Shown here piece after piece: positions 37,559-49,616 of a DNA stretch of 64,000 nt. The position numbers and the translations under genes were made by a program. Position 1 is the stretch's first letter; each line of letters starts with the position of its first letter. The notes below the pieces were generated by a model. The model saw nothing but the letters and a program-made list of their open reading frames with translations, did no database searches and was not told the origin of the DNA. Source of the DNA: Adineta vaga (taxonomy: Eukaryota > Animalia > Rotifera); the NCBI GenBank assembly GCA_021613535.1, contig CP075496.1:8804001-8868000 (forward strand), read 5' to 3'.

Positions 37559-38545
37559 TCAAGCTGGTAAAGTTCTGTTCCTCATTTTTTTTCGAAAAAT
37601 AATATACTTTACTTGTTTACGAAAACGTTTCGATACCATAAGATTTGTATATAGACTTGTACAAAATGGAATATGAAGGCTAAAAGTTGATATTGACAAG
37701 AGAAAACGATCGAACTCTTGATATTCGTTAGAATGGATTTGATATTGAGATATATGCACAATGAGAAGAACGCATGGATGAATAAAATCGAAGATAATAC
37801 AAGTAAATATTTCAATTAATAACATTCCAGTCAGCTGTCGATCTTGCCGATGAGAAATATGTATTGTTCTCATTTCCGCTGTAATTACATTTTGAAATAC
37901 TCTACGATGTAGATTTCTCATTGTTAATATAGTAAAAGTAGATAACAGTACAAGTGGAATTATCCCATTCACAATTAATGTGTAATAACTCACTAAAACT
38001 GAATATAAACCTCTTTGAAAATAACAAACAGAATAACCTTGTTCAAATTCGACAATATCTATGTAGACGAATGCATGACTATGAAATAACATCCAAAATA
38101 AAGTGATACCGAATAGACATCGATAGATAAAAGAACAATTACTCCATTGTCGTATGTTGACATTCGATGAAGTGATCAATGTTCGATCAATGGATGCTAA
38201 GATGAGATAGAATGGTGGTAAGCATGCGAATAAAAAGCCGAGATAGTATCGTAAGCGACAATAGGGTAGATTGTAGGCACCGGGTTCGATATTGAAACCA
38301 ATTTGTAGTACAGCAGGAAGAAAAGATAGATAAAGTAAGAGTAAACTAGAAATATTGAATGCCATAAAACACAGTGCACAAGGATTTTTTCGTAATTTTT
38401 TTTGATGAAATACAAGTAGATTGACTATACAGCTGATGGTACCAATAATTATTAAGATTGGGCCACCGATTGAAAATAAATTTACTCTTATAGATTGTAA
38501 ATTTGGGATAGTAATCAATGAAGAAGATATGTTAAAGTCGCCCAT
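37559..38545 (-). CDS. Class A GPCR, intronless (paralog of 40414-41379)
   Basis: 7 TM segments, LRKNPC, SIDRT, PFCTSLYTNL..SK.FR. Confidence 0.88.
   Translation of the reverse strand: MGDFNISSSLITIPNLQSIRVNLFSIGGPILIIIGTISCIVNLLVFHQKKLRKNPCALCFMAFNISSLLLLYLSFLPAVLQIGFNIEPGAYNLPYCRLRYYLGFLFACLPPFYLILASIDRTLITSSNVNIRQWSNCSFIYRCLFGITLFWMLFHSHAFVYIDIVEFEQGYSVCYFQRGLYSVLVSYYTLIVNGIIPLVLLSTFTILTMRNLHRRVFQNVITAEMRTIHISHRQDRQLTGMLLIEIFTCIIFDFIHPCVLLIVHISQYQIHSNEYQEFDRFLLSISTFSLHIPFCTSLYTNLMVSKRFRKQVKYIIFRKKMRNRTLPA
37901..38394. repeat. ~494-bp near-identical direct repeat matching 40750-41243
   Basis: Visual alignment: offset 2849 and very few mismatches. Confidence 0.9.
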
Positions 38546-39255
38546 AGTGTAACTAAACAAGGTGTTAATAGAAAGAAGCCGTGATTATTTTTTCAACTAT
38601 TATGCGAAAAAATAATTATATTACAGGTATTTAATAATAAGAAATTTATCTGCGTATTTCACAAGAATGTCTTATATGTCTTATTGATTTACTAGTGGAA
38701 AAGAGGTGAGTATTTTTTTTCATTTTCTGCTATTTACAATAATATTCAGGAAAGTCAATCAATGATTTATAATTGCTATCTTTGTTCTCTAACAATAAGA
38801 AGATATTTTTCGCTTCATTATATGCCATTTTCTTTCCTTTATTTCCGTCTAGGGAGAAGCTTCAATAATCTATTCCATTCTAGAAGGGAAATTACATATG
38901 TACTATTAAATTTAATCTTTTGTCACCTAACCAGTAGATCACTATAACAAAAACTATTGAAAAAGTGTACCTGTTAATGGTAATTTGACAATTGAAACTC
39001 ATATCCCGAGATTTCAGTTAAATTAAAGCACCATCGTACAGGAATAACAGTACATTTTCGATCATTTTCTTGGGTTTCAATGAAAAATACTGATTTTTTA
39101 TCAATATTTTTGTCCAATTCTCACACAATTCATCATAGTAGGCACTGTTGTGATCATTCATGCTGATCAAAATGTATATGGGATCACAAAAAAAAAATGA
39201 ACCAAGTATACAATAGAATGTCTTAAAATACAACATATAGATTTTCTTATTAATA

Positions 39256-39471
39256 TTGCCATTAAACTTGGTCGTTATTTTAGAATATGTTTTTTTTCTT
39301 TTTGATTTTATTGGAAATACTTTAAATATTCTTACTCTGTCACAACGAATGTTACGATCAAATCCATGTCCTTTCCTCTTTCTTGCTTCGTCAATTTCTA
39401 ATTTCATTGTCGTTTTGTATCTATCAATCGACGGCTTTCGACAAATGCTCACATTCATTATTGTTCAATGA
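39256..39471 (+). pseudogene. GPCR N-terminal fragment (TM1-TM2)
   Basis: FIGNTLNILTLSQRMLRSNPCPFLFLASSISNF, after which the frame ends. Confidence 0.6.
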
Positions 39472-40413
39472 TAGTTTTCGAACGCGTCAAAAATATTCTT
39501 TAGTTAAAAGAAACGTATCTATCATTATAGCAATCTGATTTTTATTTAAACGAATTTCTTCAATCCAATTGTTGTACAACGATCATATGCAACAGCGTCA
39601 ATGAATAATCAAAAATCAAATCTTTAATATACCATTAACGATTTTGAGTTTTTTAGTAAATGAAACTACTTTTCATATTTATACTTTGAGTGATAGAAGA
39701 GTTTTTCGTCCTACACTTTGTAAAGTTAATTAATATTGTATAAAATGTTGCTGTCTTTTTAAATTTGATAATAATCTTTTAGCTAAAATCAAAAGATATA
39801 TCAATATGTCTATTGCAGAATTGATCATGCAATATATGGCAAGAACTTAGACGAAAAACTATGTATAAACGTGAATATTTCCAATATTTTCATTCATGAT
39901 AAGCATTGATCCAAAAAATAAACAATCCTCATGCTACTAATATCCTATCTGAATTGGAAATCATGCATTCCAAACTCTAGTCGATTGCGCTATCGAAAGT
40001 TGTTTATGTGTAGAACTATAGACCATAAGGATTCTAATAGCATCAATACAAAGTGAATGTTGCAAAATAACTTCATCCTCATCACATGATTTTTCTATAG
40101 CCGTTTTCAACTTTGTCTCTTCTTGCTATTTTCATTTTAATCCAAAATTGAATGCGAAAACATACACATATAAACATTAACTTTTATCCATATGGAATCT
40201 GTATTATGGTTGTGTTGAAACATGTTACAGAACAAAAATAACAGTCATTCTATTCTACGATGTTGAACATTAAGGCATAGGAAATATTCTTCTTGCTTGG
40301 TTTTCTTACAAAAGTTCACATTCCGAATAACTGATATGAAAAAAGAACTCTACTTCACTTTGATTGATAGAAGACAAAATAGTTCGGATTGGTTGAACGT
40401 TCCTTGTGCATTT

Positions 40414-41379
40414 TTAGTGAAAAACAGCACGTATTATTTCTTTTCGAAACGTTTTTGATATAATAAGATTTGTATATAGACTTGTACAAAATGGAATATG
40501 AACACTTAATGTTGAGATACTTATAATGAATTCTTCAATCATTTGAACTTCATGAGATTTTACTTGATATTGAGTTATCTGTCTATAAAGAAGAACGCCT
40601 GGATGAACAAAATTAAAAATCACACAAGTAAATATTTCAATTAATAACATTCGAATCAGCTGTCGATCTATTCTTCGAAATGTAGTTCGATGATTTACTA
40701 ATCTTCCAGGATATGTTCTTGAACGTAGTCCAGCTACAATTCTAGCTGATCTACGATGTAGATTTCTCATTGTTAATATAGTAAAAGTAGATAAAAGTAC
40801 AAGTGGAATTATCCCATTCACAATTAATGTGTAATAACTCACTAAAACTGAATATAAACCTCTTTGAAAATAACAAACAGAATAACCTTGTTCAAATTCG
40901 ACAATATCTATGTAGACGAATGCATGACTATGAAATAACATCCAAAATAAAGTAATACCGAATAGACATCGATAGATAAAAGAACAATTACTCCATTGTC
41001 GTATGTTGACATTCGATGAAGTGATCAATGTTCGATCAATGGATGCTAAGATGAGATAGAATGGTGGTAAGCATGCGAATAAAAAGCCGAGATAGTATCG
41101 TAAGCGACAATAGGGTAGATTGTAGGCACCGGGTTCGATATTGAAACCAATTTGTAGTACAGCAGGAAGAAGAGATAGATAAAGTAAGAGTAAACTAGAA
41201 ATATTGAATGCCATAAAACACAGTGCACAAGGATTTTTTCGTAGATTGTTTTGACTAAATACAGTTATATTCAAGATGCAACTGATACTACCAATGATCA
41301 TTAAAAGGAAACCGCCTATACAATATAAATCCTTTTTTAGTAGTTGTAATCTTACAACTAAATCGAATGATGAAGACAT
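40414..41379 (-). CDS. Class A GPCR, intronless (paralog of 37559-38545)
   Basis: 7 TM segments with the same motifs as its paralog. The first ATG is at 41379 (MSSSFDL). Confidence 0.88.
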   Translation of the reverse strand: MSSSFDLVVRLQLLKKDLYCIGGFLLMIIGSISCILNITVFSQNNLRKNPCALCFMAFNISSLLLLYLSLLPAVLQIGFNIEPGAYNLPYCRLRYYLGFLFACLPPFYLILASIDRTLITSSNVNIRQWSNCSFIYRCLFGITLFWMLFHSHAFVYIDIVEFEQGYSVCYFQRGLYSVLVSYYTLIVNGIIPLVLLSTFTILTMRNLHRRSARIVAGLRSRTYPGRLVNHRTTFRRIDRQLIRMLLIEIFTCVIFNFVHPGVLLYRQITQYQVKSHEVQMIEEFIISISTLSVHIPFCTSLYTNLIISKTFRKEIIRAVFH

Positions 41380-42984
41380 TTTAGAGAGATTTAAATATAT
41401 GAATCTAAAAGAAAAATGTATAATCAAAGTTGGACTGTGGAATATATATAACAAGAACAATTAATGATCGAAATGGACAATGACAAATGCCTTATAGAGT
41501 TCTTCATTTTTTGATTCAGTTCTGATTTAAGTAAAGTCATTCATATAAAAGTACTCAGTCTATAAAAGGCAACAAGTGATCATGGAAATATTATATAAGA
41601 TTAGAAAAATAATTGAGCAATTTTTTTTATGGTATTTGACACAAAAACATGATCAGAGATAAGAAGACGATAGCATATGGAAAAGCTCAGTTCAAATGAA
41701 TATTCGGTTACTTTTTTGAAAATTATTAATACGATTATCGTATGATTTTATAATTATGAGGTTGCAGTTCTCAGAAAAATATCAAGATTATATCGCGATA
41801 GGAGATAATAAGATATATGCTTCGGTAAATCATTTCTCATATTTTGACAAGATCCACACATGTTTGGTAGTTCGCTTCGCAAAAGTATATCATATTTAAA
41901 TAAATTAAAGTATGTCTTTCTCAACTTGATCTATCGTAGACTTTGTCATTCATAACAATTACCGTATAATTAAATTGTTCTTTGCTGTTTAATCTAAAGG
42001 TCAACGACTACTAGACAAGAAAAGTCCTGAAAATACAATGCAGATATTCTCGAGAAATTCTTACAACTTCGAAAAAGAAGTTTTCCACAATCTTTATATG
42101 TAATGATATTATAGAAACTGGAATTTTGTTAATATTTGCATTATATACGTCTAAAAACTCAAAAATATATCAAACTAATATTCTAAAAATTGTTGCTAGC
42201 TTAAGACGCAGGTATCATTTCTACATTAAAATAAAATCGTTCTCAAGACGGGCTCATCACAGACTTATTTTCAGAACAAATACATTATATATTCATTTGG
42301 ATATGTCTGACAATTTATATAAGATGTCTAAAACGTATTTAAAATCTATACTTTATCACGGGTGTTCAAGATTTTTGCTATTTTTCCTAGGAATGTACTT
42401 ATAGGCTCATCATATATATCTTAATGTAGAATTTGAAAACTAAAATAAACATTAGTAAATATAATCAGCTGATTATTGAAGAATTTTAGTGTGCTCTACT
42501 ATCAGTTAATATTCTTTAGTAAATTGGTAAGACAATACATCTTAGAAAATGATTCGAAACAATACTCACTTTAGCATTTAATGTTTATTAATGCAAGTTT
42601 TCATCTTTCATTAGTTCAATGCAATCTTGACAGGAAATAGTGCACGCTGTGCCATTAGTTCTTGACATACTGGTTATTTTTAAACCTTATGTTGTTTACA
42701 TGTAACGGTATCTGTTTAGAGTTGAGTAGAAAAATGCCTTGATTTCTCCAGTTACAATGATAACTGATAACATTTAGACAAAGTCACATATCTATTGAAA
42801 AATTTTTATACTTCTAGTGTAAAATTATTATTCTTACAAGTCTATTTCTAAGACTGGAGACTTTTTTCAAAAAAATTATAATGATAAAGATGAAAGTAGA
42901 TAATTATTTCAGTGCATACTAATTTTCTACATTTAAATTTATTATATCTCTCTTTGAACATTAGATTGATAAAACTAGTCATTT

Positions 42985-43941
42985 TTAATGTTTATTTTGC
43001 GTATACAAGATGTTCAATTCCTGTAGGTTTTCTTTTATTGTTCCGTCGGGAACAACTAATTGTCGATGTCTCCAACATAAAATCATTCGTTTCAATTTAT
43101 GACGAAGTTCAGATGATGATATAAAACATATCAATGGATATAAATATACAACATAATCACGAAGTATAAATGAATTCTCCAAAGGTTTTGCTACAATCTC
43201 ATATGATAAACCATTTTTAAGAGCAAAAATAATCATTGTCCATGGAGCATCGCAGATTAAATAAAAGATCGAAGTAAATAACATTTGAATAGTTAACTTC
43301 CGATGTTTTCGCCATTGCATCGGTTGATTTAATCGTTGTTTTTGTTTTATAACACGTATGACAAGAGTCAAACTAAATAATATAATAATGATTGTTGCAA
43401 TAACATGATGAGGAACAAGATCCTAAATTCCTAAAAATGCATTATCTAATGTACACGGATTGACAATGGTTTCGTCCACAATACTTTCCACGGAAGTTTC
43501 ACAAAATGGACCAAATGTGATGAGAGAAAAATAAGTTAGACAATAAATGAGTAAGACAATAATTGGTAAATAATGAATAAAGAAACGCTTTTGTTTGTTT
43601 CGTAATAATCGATCATGAAAAATGAGTAGACGTCTTTCAATCGTTGTCCAAACAACAAATATGATTTGAGTTGTATATAATCCGTAATCAAAGAAAAATG
43701 TGAGAAGATAATATAGAAGTGGATTCCACGCAGTACTTCCAAAGAAATTGATGTAGACATTTATTATAAGAATTGATAAACTACGAATGAAAACAATGAA
43801 AAGAAGGACAATAATGAGATAATTATGAAGAGCACGCCGAAGTATTCAATCAAAAAGAAGAAAGAATATAGCGATGAAAGAACTAATAATAGATAATATA
43901 TTTGCAACTAGACCAATCCAAAATTTAGTGGGTAAGGACAT
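42985..43941 (-). pseudogene. Full-length class A GPCR pseudogene with two nonsense codons
   Basis: 319-codon frame MSLPTKFWIGLVANILS...LFD*ILRRALHNY...WTTIERRLLIFH...FLGI*DLVPHH...LYPLICFISSSELR. TGA at 43848-43846 and TAG at 43425-43423; no frameshift. Confidence 0.8.
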
Positions 43942-44543
43942 GAGATTCTTTTTTTTGAGAAACTTTGAATATGATTGTCGAAAATAGAAATGAGAAAATG
44001 ATAATCCTCTTCCAATTCAGTGATGCGCATTCGATATCAAAGAAGATAATCATTTTTGCGCATTTTTTTTCTTCTTAGGAAACTAGATTAAAGGCGAATC
44101 TTGTTAATTTAAACAGGAAAAAAACGTGATATAAAGAAAAGTGCTTGCTTCTAGCATCTCTTTGATTATCGATGAAAAGAAAACAAATATCTCGAATGAC
44201 ATAGTTTGCAAAATATATTTGATTTGATTCTTAAACAGAAGCATCACAGATCTTATAGAAAAGTTTAACAATTCGTTCAATATTCTATCAGTTCATTGTT
44301 CATATTCACTATAGCTAATCATTAGTATAGTAGGCTGTATATGAACAATATCAGATTCAAGCTGTTATGACGATCACACTTTGATTGATCAATAATAAGT
44401 TGATTTAATACACGATCGGTTGTCATAGATTTGAACAGACAAAAAACTGTCTCTCCTTTTGGTTTGATGGAGTTTCTCGATAACTAAAACTAATTCATAT
44501 CGAAACTGAAAAAATTCAATATTTTATTGAAAGAAATGTTACG

Positions 44544-47519
44544 TTAAATCATCTGTACTTCATGTTCATATTTTTTCATCATCATCTGATGTGTGTGTTT
44601 AACGGCTGCCATTTGTTCTTTCACCATAGGATACTGGCCAATGACTTCAATTATTTCATAAACAGCTTTTATGTCGATAGTTTTCGAGTTGGATTTTATT
44701 TTATTTAACTCTTGTTGGTATTGTTCTTTAAGTTTTATTAATTCTTCAACAAGTTGCGAATTGAAATGATTTTCCTTTTGATTATGAATATTACAGATAT
44801 CTGTCTCTTCAGCGATTATCTCCATCAAACCATTCAGAAACGGATCACCTTTAGTACAATAATCGGTGGATTCGAGAAAAATAGCAAATTTCGCACTTGC
44901 AGCACATAAGTTATACGATACGTCGTTCGAGAAGGCTTTTTGGTTATGCACAGTAGGATGTTGACATCGATATTCGATTGTGTAATCGAGTGAAACATGT
45001 TGTTTGATAGAACATTGACACACAAGACGGTTCGTCTGAATATCATGCGGATTATCAGGTATAATCCAGAAATGGGCAACTGATATTGGAACAGATTTAC
45101 AAGATAAACATCGAGTAATTCTGCGATGTAGACTTTTTGAAATCAATTCGATGAATTTATCCGATCGTTTCATCGTTATTAAAATAAGATTACGAAGAAT
45201 ATTTCTCATGGTTTCTAATATCGGACGAACCATATATAATATCTCAAACTGTGCTTGTTTCGTTGATGGCCATTTCTTTTTCATATCATAGACAGTTAAA
45301 TCTTTGTTGATGTATTCGATCAAACGATTTGATTCTTTTACTGATTTTGACCAACTCGTTTTATATTCACATTTGCTTTCTTCATCAAATGAAATGTCAT
45401 TTTGTAATGAAACAAGAAATCGGAATGCTTCATTATCAAAACAAAACGTATTAGTTTTTGTGAAAGGAAGATTGGTGATGGAAAGCGATTTGAGCATTGT
45501 CTTTAACAATGGAGCTGTATCTCCAGGTGAATAGAAAGTTGATCGAGCATTTGTAAAACAAAAAATAAGATTTTCACGAGCATCTGGATGTAAAAAAGAG
45601 AATAATTGACTGAAACATGTACGAAGAATGATATGAAGTCGTGATGCATTTGGCTTGAGTAGAAAACAGATAGCATTTATATGTGTAAGATTATTGATGT
45701 ATTGTAAAATATGTTCCATATTTTGTTCATCTTGATCAAGACCTCGTGTATCACCAAAACCAGGTGTATCAATAATACGTAATTGTTTTCCATGATCATG
45801 TTTGAGATCAAAGAGATAAGATTTACAATGTTGTGTAACGGATTGACCAGGATGATCGAACTTTTCATTATTATAACTATCGACTTCACCAAATTTGACG
45901 ATGTGTTCTTCAAAATTATCACCAACAGTCATAACAAATGAAACAGGCATAAGTACAACAGGTTCACTAGATTCGGCTTCTTCGAATGAATCGAAGGTCA
46001 GATAATTAGCTAAGGCATTAATGAAAGTGGATTTTCCGACTCCACTTTCTCCGACGAGAAGAATCGTCATGATTTCGTTTATTGACGTGGTCGGTATTGG
46101 AAAAGTTTGTGCTGCGTCAGTGGGCGAAGCATTTTGTTCTTCTAATGTATGTTCATGATGGATAACTGGTTCTGGTGAGGAAGGTTGTTGTTCTGTAGAA
46201 ATCTCATGGGGATTAATTACTTTTGATGGTAACCTAGCTGATGATTGTTTAGACGTACTCTGTGAAATGTTGTGTATTGAGAGAGTTTCATTTTTTGTAT
46301 TTTTATTTTGATGACGATCACTCTTTTCCTTTGCTATCGATGTTGCCAGTTGTGTCGGAGGAGTTTGTTTATTTGAATGCATATTTGGATAATAAACTTG
46401 TTCTTTCAGAAAACTTGTGCTCGGTTGTCTCGTGGCATGAAATGTACTGATGTAATCACTGAGACTATCTACATTGATCCACAGTGATTTTATTTTGGAA
46501 TCTTTTAATGCTTTTTTTATCTCTTCCAAATGCTTTTCTGACCCTTCACGAGCAACAACTACTAATTTGAAAAAAAGTTGTAATTGTATGTTCAATTGTT
46601 TTTTCAAATTGGCACACTGTCTTTGTGCTTGAGCAAGTTCAAATGAATCATGTTTGCATAATGTTTCTATGTGTTTTAAAGAATTTCGAATATGAACGAT
46701 AGTTTCCTCGAGATGAAGAACTAGTTTATCGGGTAATGAACTGTATCTGGCATACGTTAGCGAAGTTCTATCATATACTGATGTAATCGGTTGAAGAAAA
46801 TAGATTACTGGAGACCGCCAATCTCTATTTTGCTTGATAATATATATTTGATTGAGTAGATCTGAAATATTCGATAATTCTGACAAATTCTCGTCGTTTG
46901 AATACACTGCAATGCTAAGACTTTTGTCTAATAAATCAATTTCATCATCATTCATTGTTAAAGTGTTGGTTTGCTGTCTTGACAATACATCTCGAACCTT
47001 TTCAAGTATACGATCAATCGTATGAACACTTTTATCTTTCGATGGTAACTGTAAAACAGCCAAAACATGAATTCCAAATGCAACACGAGTAATAATATGC
47101 GTAGCATTCCTTGGTGGCCTCTTTATTCCAATTTTCTCTCTGATTTCTCCGTTTCTTTCATGGATTTCTTCTGTATGATATACCCAAGAGTAGTGTAAAA
47201 ATCGAGTATATTGATCAAAAGCACGAGGATGACTAAGAACTGCTGCTATTCCACTTCGAACAGTTGGCTGCAGTAATGAAGTCAGTCGCAATTCATCTTC
47301 TACACCTATTTGGTGAAGAATATTGAAGCTTTTATCTGTATTACCATGTATTAACTGACACTGAAGGACCGTAGATCTGCCCACTTGTTTTCCTGTAATG
47401 CTCATTTTTGGTGAATTATTTATTTGATCTCGATATATATCGTAGAGAGCCCCAAGACATCCATCTGGTTTAATTGCGGTTCGCTTTATAGTGGTATCTA
47501 GCAGGTGGTTTTGCGACAT
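44544..47519 (-). CDS. Stonustoxin/MACPF-like N-terminal domain, low-complexity linker and septin/AIG1-like P-loop GTPase with a helical C-terminus
   Basis: N-terminal LGALYDIYRD and ATHIITRVAFGIHVLAVL resemble the stonustoxin LG.LYD.R.D and ATHVV..I.YG motifs. GTPase motifs: G1 GESGVGKST, G3 DTPG, G4-like FCFTN. Confidence 0.75.
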   Translation of the reverse strand: MSQNHLLDTTIKRTAIKPDGCLGALYDIYRDQINNSPKMSITGKQVGRSTVLQCQLIHGNTDKSFNILHQIGVEDELRLTSLLQPTVRSGIAAVLSHPRAFDQYTRFLHYSWVYHTEEIHERNGEIREKIGIKRPPRNATHIITRVAFGIHVLAVLQLPSKDKSVHTIDRILEKVRDVLSRQQTNTLTMNDDEIDLLDKSLSIAVYSNDENLSELSNISDLLNQIYIIKQNRDWRSPVIYFLQPITSVYDRTSLTYARYSSLPDKLVLHLEETIVHIRNSLKHIETLCKHDSFELAQAQRQCANLKKQLNIQLQLFFKLVVVAREGSEKHLEEIKKALKDSKIKSLWINVDSLSDYISTFHATRQPSTSFLKEQVYYPNMHSNKQTPPTQLATSIAKEKSDRHQNKNTKNETLSIHNISQSTSKQSSARLPSKVINPHEISTEQQPSSPEPVIHHEHTLEEQNASPTDAAQTFPIPTTSINEIMTILLVGESGVGKSTFINALANYLTFDSFEEAESSEPVVLMPVSFVMTVGDNFEEHIVKFGEVDSYNNEKFDHPGQSVTQHCKSYLFDLKHDHGKQLRIIDTPGFGDTRGLDQDEQNMEHILQYINNLTHINAICFLLKPNASRLHIILRTCFSQLFSFLHPDARENLIFCFTNARSTFYSPGDTAPLLKTMLKSLSITNLPFTKTNTFCFDNEAFRFLVSLQNDISFDEESKCEYKTSWSKSVKESNRLIEYINKDLTVYDMKKKWPSTKQAQFEILYMVRPILETMRNILRNLILITMKRSDKFIELISKSLHRRITRCLSCKSVPISVAHFWIIPDNPHDIQTNRLVCQCSIKQHVSLDYTIEYRCQHPTVHNQKAFSNDVSYNLCAASAKFAIFLESTDYCTKGDPFLNGLMEIIAEETDICNIHNQKENHFNSQLVEELIKLKEQYQQELNKIKSNSKTIDIKAVYEIIEVIGQYPMVKEQMAAVKHTHQMMMKKYEHEVQMI

Positions 47520-48201
47520 TTTATTGTTTTCTTGCGCTCGCCCTCTAAAATGTTCATGTAAACAAATGAATCATCTGTTGCAATAAGAGTGAAATATTCT
47601 ATCTATCTATAAATACTGTTCGATCTAACATGATTCATGGATTTCGACGCATCTAACTCATACTATTAGTGAATCTATACATTAATAATAATAATAACAG
47701 AATACTCTTTAGTCTGTATGAGTATGTGATGAAAAAGAACGATAAGAGTAGTACAACTCTATAGACATATACATATATGTACATATTACATAACTTTCAC
47801 ATCTTACTTTTTTTCCGGCAATATCGTTTGTTCGTCTTTTGTTTTTATTGGAAATTGTGAAGTTAAAAGAGATGTTGGTTTCAACTATATACAAAACAAA
47901 ACTCGACACACATGTTGTTTCTTCTTACAAAAATAAAGAACGGAAGAAACAGAAATATAGAAAAATTTGCCTCAAACAAAAAAATTCTTTTCCTTTCTCA
48001 TAAACACAATGTGTGACATCTGTTGATCACTACACACAGAATAGAAATAAAATTAAAGTTTTGTTCTCACCATAAAGTTCAATAGATTGAAAAATACAAA
48101 TACATTATTTGTTATTCAATGAGTATTATATTTGATAGAGTGTATTTTGTATTACAACGAAAAGAGAACAAAGTTTTTATTTGATAATCATAAAAAATGT
48201 T

Positions 48202-49179
48202 CTAACCCGTTTCAGTAAGTCTTCGTGGTTTAAATACCATAAATCCCATTATTTTTCTAAACAACTGTTGAAATTCCAATCGAAATGTTCGTGATGTAAA
48301 AATATAAATCCAAAACGATAAACAATTATTAAGATAAAGAATAAAATAACCCATAATATAGAAAAGAAATGATTCAATTTGTATTCGTAATTCATTTTTC
48401 ACTTTATTTTCTGCTACTGTCTTATAAATTAATATAACGGTAACAGGTACTGTCGTAAATATATATAGTAATAATTCAATTGATAACATTCTTATCATAT
48501 CTCGATCACGTCTACGAAAAATTCGATGATTTATCAATACAGTTCCGTCAATAACCGGTTGAATATGAGAACGCATCTGTGCTAAGTTGATCATCATTAA
48601 CATTCCGAATATCATCATACTAAACAATGGAACAACTCCAAAGCAGACTAATGTATAAATTGAATCAATTAGATTAGGAACGCCACGCATTACTTCACAA
48701 ATATTATTTTCATTCGAATATTGCATCGTTGGTAGTAAGGCAAGAAAAAGCCAAAAGATAAAAACAAAAACTATAACTCGAATAGCTACTTTATATTGAC
48801 TAAATGAACGAATAGTTGCTTGTCGACTACATATCGCATAACGATCAGCACAAGCGATGACAATAAATGTTCGCATACTTTGATTAAAAATCTGAATTAA
48901 ATAATTATGAAATCGACAGAGAAAAATTGATTGATCAAATGGATTTTGATGATCTAATTTCAAAATGATTGGGATTAGGGATATATTAAGACCAATAATA
49001 CCACAGAAAGACATGGCTAATATATAAAGTGAACAAGGATTTCGACGATGAGTTCTTTGACTGAAGAGAATGAAATTGAAAATTAAACCAAGATTTCCAA
49101 GTGTCATATAGCTTGTCATACCATATCGTGTTAGATATTGTTGAATACGATCAAGTTGAGATATGGAAGAAATATTCAT
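48202..49179 (-). CDS. Class A GPCR, intronless (same subfamily as 15478-16458)
   Basis: 7 TM segments; RYGMT, MRTFIVIACADRYA and RDRDMI are shared with the 15.5-kb GPCR. Confidence 0.9.
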   Translation of the reverse strand: MNISSISQLDRIQQYLTRYGMTSYMTLGNLGLIFNFILFSQRTHRRNPCSLYILAMSFCGIIGLNISLIPIILKLDHQNPFDQSIFLCRFHNYLIQIFNQSMRTFIVIACADRYAICSRQATIRSFSQYKVAIRVIVFVFIFWLFLALLPTMQYSNENNICEVMRGVPNLIDSIYTLVCFGVVPLFSMMIFGMLMMINLAQMRSHIQPVIDGTVLINHRIFRRRDRDMIRMLSIELLLYIFTTVPVTVILIYKTVAENKVKNELRIQIESFLFYIMGYFILYLNNCLSFWIYIFTSRTFRLEFQQLFRKIMGFMVFKPRRLTETG

Positions 49180-49616
49180 TTGAATTTGATAATAGAAAAA
49201 ATTGAACTATTCAAAATAAATGAGAAAGCAGTGTGTTGTTCAATGTTTCTACTGAAATGAAATTAGAATCTGTCAAGAAAAGTCTTTTTCTCTTTTTACT
49301 ATTTCATCTGGAAATTACTTTTCACTTGTGATACTTCTGTTATGTCATTAACATCAAAACTTTGATATTTCATAGAATAAAATTCCTATTTGAATCAGCG
49401 TCAACATGTACTTAGTTGGCCAGATATGTTTTCGTATTTCAATTTATATTCTTGAATAAAAATAGAAAATAACACTATAAGGTTAAAACAAAAATATTAT
49501 TCGTTAACAGAAACATAATTTACCACAGAGAGATTATCAAATAAAAATATACTAAAATATATCGTATTACCGGCAAGAAGAAGTTCATATCGAATTGCAA
49601 AAATCTATTGATAAGA

